Assembly: GCA_951406725.2 (NCBI GenBank)
Contig: OX597816.1
Coordinates: 620,001-684,000, forward strand
Length of the DNA stretch: 64,000 bases
Origin: Octopus vulgaris
Lineage: Eukaryota
Direction: 5' to 3'
Shown piece after piece: positions 27,439 through 37,769 of the stretch (within the stretch, counting starts at the first letter, position 1; the number at the start of each line of letters is the position of its first letter). Under the pieces are notes generated by a model, which was not told the DNA's origin, did no database searches, and worked only from the letters and a program-made list of their open reading frames with translations. A program made the position numbers and the translations under genes.

Positions 27439-27485
27439 AAAACTGTCTGATGAATGGCAACGAGAAACTCAGAGTAACAGATTTT
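27439..27485 (+). ncRNA. Minimal type I hammerhead ribozyme motif (plus-strand copy)
   Basis: aaaactgt-CTGATGA-atggcaacga-GAAA-ctcagag-TA|acagatttt. Predicted cleavage after 27476; the 10.1-11.1 pair is atypical (A.A). Confidence 0.65.
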
Positions 27486-27512
27486 GTTGAATTTTCTGCT
27501 GCTTAAAATAAA

Positions 27513-27548
<36 letters not shown>

Positions 27549-27552
<4 letters not shown>

Positions 27553-30391
27553 GCCAAAACCTTCCCAGGCGAAGAATGTACCCCACAACATAGACTGGTA
27601 GTTAGTGACTTTAGGATCAGGACTAGGAGGACAACCAGAAGACGACCAACATGGAGAAGAAGGATCTGGAAGCTTAAAGATCCTGCGAATGGACAGAGAT
27701 TTAGGGACATGCTACTTGAAGCCTTTGACGAAGTAGAAGGGGATAGAGTATCACATGGGGTAGAGGGCAACTGGACGTTTCTAAGGGACAACCTGCTGAG
27801 AACCACTGACCAGATCTGTGGCTGGTGCAAAGTCCCCTCTCGTCCCAAGGTAACGTGGTGGTGGAACAGTGTTGTAGACAGGACTATTAGAGAAAAGAGA
27901 CAGACTTGGAAGCACTGGAAGAATGGGGGTAGCAGGGAATTGTATCAGACTGCTAAAAGGGAGGCTAGGAGACAGGTCTATCTAGCCAGAGGGGAAGCAG
28001 ATAAGAAAAAATTTGCCAATGTTCTGCACCGTGAGGACCAAAGACTGGAGGTGTTTCGCGTTGCAAGACAGTGTGTGAGAGAGAATTGTGATGTGGTAGG
28101 AGAGAAGTGTGTTCGCATGGAAGATGGTTCACTTGCGCTAAACGAGGATGCAAAGAGAGAGGCTTGGAGACGCCACTATGAAAGGTTGCTGAATAAAGAA
28201 AATGAATGGGATAAAGAGAGTCTGCCGAACGTTGACCCAACAGAGGGACCAGCTATCAGGGTTGATAGTTCCTTGGTAGTTAAGGCAATTAGAAGCATGA
28301 AGACAGGGAAAGCCCCAGGCCCATCAGGTATCACTGCAGAGATGCTCAAAATATCTGGTAGTGTCGGCTATAGCCTAGTCACCCGTATAGTTAATCAGGT
28401 GATACATGAAGGAGTCATACCCAATGACTGGTGTAGCAGCATAATAGTCAACTGCTACAAAGGTAAAGGTGATGCCCTAGATACAAATAATTACAGAGGT
28501 ATCAAGCTGTTGGATCAGGTGATGAAGGTTACAGAGAGGGTCATAAGCCAACTAATTAGAGAGAGAGTTAGATTAGATGAGATGCAGTTTGGGTTCGTGC
28601 CAGGGAAAAGTACCACTGATGCTATATTCCTGGTAAGGCAGCTGCAGGAGAAATACCTAGCCAAAGATAAGCCCCTGTACCTGGCTTTTGTTGACATTGA
28701 GAAAGCCTTCGACAGGGTCCCCCGATCCCTCATCTGGTGGTCAATGAGGAAACTAGGGATAGATGAATGGTTAGTGAGAGCTGTGCGAGCCATGTACAGG
28801 GATGCTGCTAGTAAGGTGAGTGTTGGCAACGAGTACAGTGAAGAATTCCGGGTAGAGGTAGGGGTCCACCAAGGCTCAGTCCCCAGACCCCTCCTATTTA
28901 TCATAGTCCTCCAGGCAATAACAGAGGAATTCAAGACAGGATGCCCCTGGGAGCTCCTCTATGCTGATGACCTTGCTCTAATTGCTGAGTCACTATCAGA
29001 ACTGGAGGAGAAGTTTCAGGTGTGGAAGCATGGTTTAGAATCGAAGGGCCTTAGAGTCAATCTAGCTAAAACCAAAGTCGTAATAAGTAGGAAGGTAGAC
29101 AAATCACAAACGCCTTCAGGTAGATGGCCCTGCTCGATCTGTAGAAAAGGTGTAGGTAGAAACTCTATAAGATGCACCAAGTGTAAGCTATGGACACATA
29201 AGAGGTGCAGCAATGTCATAGGAAGGCTAACTAGGAAGAAAATCTGCAGAAAACAACTTCCATCACTTTCCAGGGGGAAAAACTAGAAGTAGTTGATAGC
29301 TTCCGTTATCTTGGTGACCAAGTCAGTAGTGGGGGTGGGTGTGCTGAAAGTGTAACTGCTAGAGTAAGAATAGCCTGGGCAAAGTTTAGGGAGCTCTTAC
29401 CTCTGCTGGTGACTAAAGGCCTCTCGCTCAGAGTAAAAGGCAGACTGTATGATGCATGTGTACGAACAGCCATGCTACATGGCAGTGAAACATGGGCCGT
29501 GACTGCTGAGGACATGCATAAGCTCGCGAGAAATGAAGCCAGTATGCTCCGATGGATGTGTAATGTCAGTGTGCATGCTCGACAGAGCGTTAGTACCCTG
29601 AGAGAAATGTTGGACCTAAGGAGCATCAGTTGTGGTGTGCAAGAGAGACGATTGCGCTGGTATGGTCATGTGGCGAGAATGGATGAAGATAGGTGTGTGA
29701 AAAAGTGCATATCCCTAGCAGTGGAGGGAACCCGTGGAAGGGGTAGACCCAGGAAAACTTGGGACGAGGTGGTGAAGCACGACCTTCGAACTTTAGGTCT
29801 CACTGAGGAAATGACCAGCGACCAAGACCTTTGGAAATATGCTGTGCGTGAAAAGACCAGGCAGGGCAAGTGAGTCCAGCCCACTTATGCATGCCTTTCC
29901 TCCCTTGGACACACAAAGACCTGTTGAGGCAAGCAAAGTCGATATCGAACCTCATCCGACGACAGGCACCTATGCCTACCCCCCTTTGCTTGCGAAGACC
30001 TGTTGGGGCAAGTGAAATCGAAATCGAAATTGAACCAATCCTATGACTGGCACCCGGCAGATGCCAGGACCCCTGGACTGGAGATACGTAAAAAGCACTA
30101 TCCAATCGTGACCGATGCCAGCGCCGCCTCGACTGGCTTCCGTGTCGGTGGCACGTAAAATGCACCAATCCGACCGTGGCCGATGCCAGCCTCGCCTGGC
30201 ACCAGTGCAGGTGGCACGTAAAAAGCACCCACTACACTCACGGAGTGGTTGGCATTAGGAAGGGCATCCAGCTGTAGAAACATTGCCAGATAAGACCGGA
30301 GCCTGGTGCAGCCTTCTGGCTTCCCAGATCCCCAATCGAACCGTCCAACCCATGCTAGCATGGAGAACGGATGTTAAACGATGATGATGAT
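27549..30391 (+). mobile_element. Young 5'-truncated RTE-clade LINE (about 575-codon open RT region, one ~50 bp deletion near 29237, repeat-rich 3' UTR, (GAT)n tail)
   Basis: KAPGPSGI, NYRGIKLL, FVDIEKAFD, GVHQGS, LYADD, FRYLG, HGSETW and RGRGRP.KTW. Confidence 0.95.
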
Positions 30392-30409
30392 ATGTGAGTG
30401 TGTGTGTGG

Positions 30410-30835
30410 CCAAGAACCATCTGAACGTGGCCATAACCCGTGGCCTCTACCTGGGATGTAGCCAGTCCACTTATGCATACCTTTCCTTCTTGGGATACAA
30501 AACTCTGCTTGCGAAGACCTGTTGAGGCAAATGAAATCGAAATCGATCAAAAATTAATGGAAACTACAGTTGTGATACCAGTGTCAGTGGCACATAAAAG
30601 AACCATCCGAATGTGGCCGTTGCCAATGCTGCCTTGACTGGCCTCCGTGCAGGTGGCACGTAAAAAGCACCCACTACACTCACGGAGTGGTTGGCATTAG
30701 GAAGCGCATCCAGCTGTAGAAACACTGCCAGATAAGACTGGAGCCTGGTGCAGCCTTCTGGCTTCCCAGACCCCGGTCGAACCGTCCAACCCATGCTAGC
30801 ATGGAAAGCAGACTTTAAACGATGATGATGATGAT
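30410..30835 (+). mobile_element. RTE LINE 3' UTR fragment
   Basis: Same 3' terminus and (GAT)n tail as the 27549-30391 element. Similar tails lie at 385-594, 7270-7465, 13000-13305, 27018-27245 and 42900-43000. Confidence 0.85.
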
Positions 30836-31277
30836 ATATGTGTGTGTATGTGTTTATCTCTGTATCATGGTATTACAATAGTTGTTAGCGAGTGTCACTG
30901 TTATTCGCTTCTAATATCCTGCGAAAACATGTCTGGCAATGGGAAAGATTACTTACTTAGAAACAGTAATCTTGAAAAGCTAAGATTTAAGGCAAGAGAA
31001 AGCTTCATCTAACATATATTCACCAAATTCAGGCTTTAAGCAGAACAGTAAAAACACTGAAGACTTTTCTAAAGTGTGGTATGTAACAGTTGTTGATGTC
31101 TAAATCCCAATGATAGGGCTTTGGTTGTTAATCAGGAGTCAGTCTCTTCTTCATGGGATACATTCAAAGGATTCAAATAAAAGACTATGCATTCACATGA
31201 AAGTAAAATTCAGTCATTCATTTTAAAATATAACAATTCATAACAAACAGGAGAAGGCGAAAACAGGCAATGCTTAC

Positions 31278-31450
31278 TCTGGAGTGAGTTTTTCTTCCTC
31301 GTCTTGCAGATCTGGTAACTTTTCTAGTCCAACAGACATTCTTAAATTATCTACTTCATCCTTAAGAGGTGTATATTCTTCATAGAGTCTCTTTGTAGAA
31401 TCGAGGGCCTTATTCCGCTCCTCTTCGGCTTGTTTGATCGTTGTTTCCAT
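31278..31450 (-). CDS. ZC4H2: ZC4H2 exon 3 ([58 protein letters not shown])
   Basis: attatag acceptor and GA|gtaagc donor, 173 nt. Read manually; not in the ORF track. Confidence 0.95.
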
Positions 31451-32735
31451 CTATAATCAAAACAAAAAGAGAGAAGAAAAAGTAAAATAAATTCAAAAAT
31501 TATTAAAAAATAAAAGTAACGATGAAAATAAAAGATATTATTCTAAAGATTAATTAACTTGCGTAATGTTTTTGTTAACTACCCCAATTCCCATCCAAAG
31601 TCTACCCTTTCTGTCCCAGCCTGCCTCTCATCCCACTACATCTCTTGTGTACCCATTGTTTATATTAAGTACAAAATACAGTCTTCTTATCAACTGCTAT
31701 TCTGCCCATGAAGCATGCTTGCCTTCTTGGTATCAATAATCCTGTCTTCTTCATTGCTAACTAAATCTTGTATTTGTGAGGTTTATTTTAAAATCTCTCA
31801 ATTCTAAAAGATTATAATTTACTGCTATATGTAAATAAAATATATTTTAAAGAAACTATAATTTCCATTTTTGATAATGATTTGATTTTTGATTGACACA
31901 ATGGGTCTCTCAAGCATGATTCAAAGGAACTTTTTAAATGGACTGGTTATGCGATACTGGTGTAGGCTACAGCTGTGATCTCACTTTACTTGCCAGGTCT
32001 TCTCAATCACAGCATATCTCCAGAGGTCTTGGTCTTTCATCATTGCCTCTGTGAGAAAAGCTTTAAATAATGTGAGAAATCAGGCAAAATAGGTAAGGTG
32101 ATGCCAATAAATGAAGACAAAGCAAGAAACTGTAGCATGTTACAGAGTTTGTTTAATGTTGTGGAATACATCAGAATGACCTGCCTATAATAACACTTTT
32201 CTCCAAACTCCTTATAGAAGCCTTAAATAATCTATACAGCATAATACAATATCTTGTCTTTGTTATTATTTATTGACAGCACTTTAAATATTTTGCATAA
32301 CTTCTCACCTGCATTGCTTAAAGGTCTTCTTTAGAATATTAATATTTCTCAATTCTTGGTTTTACTGCCACATTTCAGACTTGTTTTCAAATTCTTTGAT
32401 AGATTAAGCTATGAGAACTAAATCATCAACATATAGAAGTACTCCAAAGACAGCTTAAACTCCTCAGTAATGGCCAGAAGAACCATACCATAAAAAAAAT
32501 AGTACCAAAAGTTAAAGTAAGCTGCTCTTATTACTATCTGGCAGACAGTCAGCATCATTCTTATTTCCTACGTGAGTATTTTGTAAAAGAAAAGCATTAA
32601 ACTTATCACAAAATAAAAAATCTGTTCCACAATGCTATATCTTTCAAATTATTAAAGTTTAAAAACAGAATAGGATCAAGATTTAAGAAATGTGGATTCT
32701 TCTTGTTTCTAGTAACAAAGAAACAATTTACAAAC

Positions 32736-32907
32736 CAAGTTAATGTCTGCATGAATAAGTCGTAATTCTTCAACATGTGCCATCTTTTCCTGAAGTAACA
32801 ATTCCATCTCTTGCTTATATTCTTCAAGACATTGTTCTTCACATTCTGTAACATCAAACTCCTGCTTCAGACGGCTTTTGATTTTCTCCAGATGAATACT
32901 TCTGCCC
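32736..32907 (-). CDS. ZC4H2: ZC4H2 exon 2 (coiled coil; ...[29 protein letters not shown])
   Basis: tttcag acceptor and TTG|gtttgt donor, 172 nt. Near-identical to the vertebrate ZC4H2 peptide. Confidence 0.96.
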
Positions 32908-33404
32908 CTGAAAGTAGATGCCGAATATATATTCAAAACAGTCATTCAAAGTTGGAATGGCACCATCACTGCGAAAATCTACAACTTTTTACATAATGTT
33001 TAAATGTAAGCAAATTAACTGACTGATCCATCAGTATTGATAGTGGGGTATTTAGAAATGTCTAAATGTTTCTTAGGCAATCTCTGTGAGAGAGAAAAAT
33101 GTTATTTGAAAGAGAAATTCTCAAACTGAATGCGGAAACACAACCATAATTATACAAATGCTACATTTCAATACAAAATAAAGATTTTATAAACAAACTC
33201 AAAATGGGTTGTGGCATTAGTTATACACGTAAATGTTGTGTGAGGGGGAGATTGAGAATATGGAAAACTATGAAGGCTTGATGGATGGGTGCCTCTCACG
33301 ATTTAATCCTTTTGTTCCTATTGAAATGCACTGCTTTTGTTTCAGTTAATTTTGAAAATAAGGAAGATTTAATGAAATAACATTGTCATTTAACATCATC
33401 TATG

Positions 33405-34145
33405 TTCAGATGGTGCTTTTTACGTGCCACTGACACGGGGAGCCAGTCCAGCAGCACTGGCAATAACCCACGCATGAATGGCGCTCATTACATGCTACCA
33501 GCACAAGAGCCAGTCAGGTGGCACTGGCATCAGCCACAACTATAATTTCCATTTTGATTATGATTTGATTGACGCAATGGGTCTCTCAAGCATGATTCAA
33601 AGGTACTTTTTAAATAGGCTGATTATGCGACACTGGTATAGGCTATGCCAGGTCTTCTCAATCACAGCATATATCCAGAGGTCTCGGTCTTTCATCATTG
33701 CCTCTGTGAAGCCCAACGTTTGAAGGTCATGCTTCACCATCTCATCCCATGTCTTCCTGGGTCTCCCTCTTCCACAGGTTCTTTCCACTGTTTGGGAGTG
33801 ACACTTCTTCACACAGATCTCCTCATCCATATGCAGTACATAACCATACCAATGCAGTCGTCTCTCTCGCACACCACATCTGATGCTTCTTATGTCCAAC
33901 ATTTCTCTCAGGGCACTTACACTCTGTCATGTGTGCACGCTGACATCACACATCCAATGGATCATACTAGCTTCATTTCTAGCATGTCTTCAGCAGTCAT
34001 GGCCCATGTTCCACCACCGTGAAGCATGGCAGTTTGCACATATGCATCATATAATCTACCTTTCACTCTGAGCGAGAGGCCCTTTGTCAGCAGAAGAGGT
34101 AGGAGCTTTCTGAACTTTGCTCAAGCTATTCTTATTCTAGTGGCT
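33405..34145 (-). mobile_element. RTE LINE 3' fragment in ZC4H2 intron 1
   Basis: ERRLHWYG and CGRGRPRKTWDE; reverse complement of about 29360-30240. Confidence 0.88.
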
Positions 34146-37100
34146 CTACCTTTCTCCAATTTCCCATCAATGAATGAGACACAATGCTGTTTTACTGACA
34201 GACTCTAATATCACCAAAAACGGTGTCTTTAGCACTCAACTCTCACCGAAATGTCACCACTTTTGATTCTCAACTCATAAAAACATTCCGTTTGCTCTTA
34301 ACTCGTCTTTGCTTAATTTTGTTAACCCTTCTGGGCCACAGTCCAATGACTGAAACAAGTAGAATGTAAAGGTATTATCTTATATCGTTTACTTGTTTCA
34401 TTTACTGGACTGCGGCCATACTGGGGCACCACAGCAAAGGTTTCGGTCAAATAAATCGACTGCAGTAGTTATTTTTATTTTGAGCCTGGTAGTTATTCAA
34501 TCAGTCTTTCAGCTGAAGCGACTTCGCAAGCCATTTTCCAATGTATTCGTCCCATTTTTTTTTTACCAAAGCCTTTGAAATCATGTGGGGGGGTGGGGTA
34601 TCTTTTTATGAAAAAGTTCAGAAAATTTTTTTGCACCTCCCCATCAATTTGTTTGCACGACAAACATGAACAGCATTGGATTTTGTAAATAAGCCAGGAA
34701 AACTGTCTTCTAAATATTTAAAATATAAACTGAGTGACATAATTACAGATGTGGCCCCCACCTCCGACTTTGTTGCCTCATAACATCCAGAAAGATGGAT
34801 ACATTTTAAGGAAATTTTCAACAAATACCGCTTAGATGCTGTGGATTCAGAGTAAATGGGTTTTAAACGAATTGCGCCAACGAAAACAATTTTCCGCACA
34901 GATTTCTATATAATCATAATATATGCCATTTGAAAGGTATTTATATAAAATTTCGATTAAAAGACACCCATTTTCGTAAAAGTTATGAGGCAAAAAATCG
35001 TATCCTGTGGATTTTCCGAAAGTCCTCTCCCCGATTCTTTGGCGCAAATTTTTGTTTTCATATTTGTTTTATACACAATCTTTTACACCTGTTACACTTT
35101 GTTTATTTTAGTGGCCAGGTGTTAAAGTAGTAATTAACTGAACAGAAAGGAGTTCCAGAAAATTTGGTAAATTTATACGATCCGACTTTTTCCCCCTCAC
35201 AACTTTTATGAAACTTGATATATTTTAATGAAAATTTGTACAAACACCTTGATTATAAAGAAAATTGTTTGCAACAAAATGTTTTGAAACTTTTTTCACC
35301 ATAGCACTGTGGACTGATTTTGGGAGGAACCTCTGGCTTTCGCTGTTGATCGAGGAAAACGTGTTTGCTGCAGTAATGCAAGAATTTTACCTCTAATGTC
35401 GCAATACGAGTGGACAGGAAGAGGAGCAATGGCAGAAAAAGAGGAGGCAATTAAAATGAATTATTGTTTACATAATTGACAACCAGAACATTTAACGATT
35501 GTCGTGCAATTCTAGGACAATCTGTCTTTGACTCGGCTCAGCGCGACATGGCAGGAAGAAGGAGTTTTCAAAACAAACTGCTTGAATTCGATGGGAAGAG
35601 ATTGGTGTCGTTCCAGAATGGGTGCGAGTTCAAACTCTGGGTCAGTCACATTGAATACAAAAATAGTGGGACTGAACTCTGTGGGAAAAAGTTAGGTTTA
35701 TGAGTCTTAATTTTCACTTGCCATTGTCGTACGGGTCGGTGGGTAGGAGCGTTGGGGTGGTACCTTGGGGGGGACGAGTTCAATATCCGGCTCAATCACG
35801 AAAAAATAGTGATTGGGCTGGCGACTAAGCTCGCCCCCCCCCCCTGTAGCCCCTAACGTTTCCACTCACCCATCCATTAACACGTATGAAAATGAAGACT
35901 GGTAAACCTAATTTTTCTCATTTATTTTAATTAATTTAATTAAATTCCGTTTACGTCGGACTATTTCTTACAACTTGTCCTTCTCACCGAGCCCAAGTAT
36001 GGCATTGTCGTTAAATCTCTCTTCTTTACTTTATTTCCTGATGTCGGGGCCTCATTAGTCTTGCCCATTCTTGGTCTGCAACCAACGTCCATACAGTTTC
36101 TGCTGCACTCTTCTAAATGTATCATTATTGAGCCACTTCTTGTCCTTTGGTACATATTTCTCTGTTATTCTGTCCAATTCATAGACATTCCAGCTCATCC
36201 AACCATCTTATATTTTCCACGTCTTTCCTCATCTCTTCTATGTTTGCCTTTGTAAAGTAGAAATATTTTTTATTTCCTGTATGGATATTTTTCTCCCCAA
36301 AAATACATTTAGATGCTAAGAAAATTTGAAAAATTACGATTTTTTTTTGGCAAATCCCCTCCCTGCTGCCGATTGTTTCTGTTTATAATTTAAAATATTG
36401 GAGAGCCTGAGAAGGTCATTGCTGGCATTTATTCACAGTGATTTTTTTAAAAGAGGTTTCTAAACAATAATGCATTTTAATAGCATACTTTTCGGATCTT
36501 TTCCTTCTGATGGACGGAATTTTCTAGTTAACTAAAAAATTTGAAACTTCGTATACTGGTAGAATGTGTCAAAAGAAAACATTATTGTAAACAAAATTGA
36601 AAACAAAATTGTAATTTCTAAGTTTAACGTAGTTTAATGATTCGAATTTTAACCAATGAAATCCTAGCATTTGAGCTCTACAAGTGCAACCCTATGCATT
36701 TTACCAAAAAAAACTTCGGAATGGGAGAAAAATATTGAAAATACACATGAGAGTAAAAACGGAATGAGTTTCGAATGTGCTAGAAACACCAGCCAAATCT
36801 CCCTTGAATCGTACACCTTTTCCTCTGAAAATATTTACAACTTACATGGTTTTTAAGTTTTTAAAAATTGGCCAAAATCAGTCTGGAGTGGGATGGTAGG
36901 GTGGAAAAATTTTCAAACCCTTTTTATTTTATATATAAAAATGTGCCCCCATCATTTCAAAGGTTATAGTGAAATAAAAAGTGAGAAAAATCCCTGTCAA
37001 AACGAAGTAATTCCAGCTTTTTATTTCCAGTTTTCCCTGTTATAATATGAAACAGCACGGCCAGGGGACCGTGAAGTTTTGTAAAAAACGGAGAAGAGGA

Positions 37101-37446
37101 CTTCTTTTATTCTTAAGATAAAGAAAAAAATACTGAAAAAAAAAACAAATAAAGAGAAAAGGGAGAACAGGATGATTAAAAAATAAATAAATAGAAGAAA
37201 ATAAAATAGACTACACACTCAATCATCAATCACTCATAAGATCTTAATAGAGTTCTACAAGAAATAACACTTGACGACTACCAGCTGTTTACAAACTCAA
37301 GCCTCCATCTTGCTAGTTTCCATTGTATGATCTGTTGTTGTTCTTTTTTTTTTATCAATTAGATATCTGTCGAGCACAAAGTATCTGAAATGTTTGAAGT
37401 TGAGAGCGTTTTTTGCCACTTTGCTTTTGTATATAAAAAATTTTGC

Positions 37447-37760
37447 TAGGGCAAGTGTCTTCTACTATAGCCTCAGGCCGACAAAAGCCTTGTGAGTGGA
37501 TTTGGTAGACGGAAACTGAAAGAAGCCCGTCGTATATGTACATATATATATGTATGTGTGTGTCTGTGTTTGACACCCCAACATCGCTTGACGACCGATG
37601 CTGGTGTGTTTAAGTCCCCGTAACTTAGCGGTTTGGCAAAAGAGACCGATAGAATAAGTACTAAGCTTACAAAGAATAAATCCTGGGGTTGATTTGCAAG
37701 ATTAAAGGTGGTGCTCCAGCATGGCCACAGTCAAATGACTGACACTAGTAAAAGAGTAAG
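37447..37760 (+). mobile_element. 5'-truncated copy of the same SINE
   Basis: High similarity to 40440-40770. Confidence 0.85.
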
Positions 37761-37769
37761 TCAAAGATG

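Larger units (their letters stand above)
27351..27518. repeat. Near-perfect palindrome with 84-bp arms and no spacer, centred at 27434/27435
   Basis: The arms are reverse complements with two mismatches. Confidence 0.97.

Noticed and set aside
27484-29286. 600-aa ORF as a host gene or active LINE
   Set aside because: It starts in a palindrome and (TA)n tract, lacks the endonuclease and is frameshifted near 29237; it is a truncated RTE copy.
32950-33090. Strong acceptor-like site on - upstream of ZC4H2 exon 2
   Set aside because: Stops occur in frame and there is no supporting homology; it cannot be called without RNA data.
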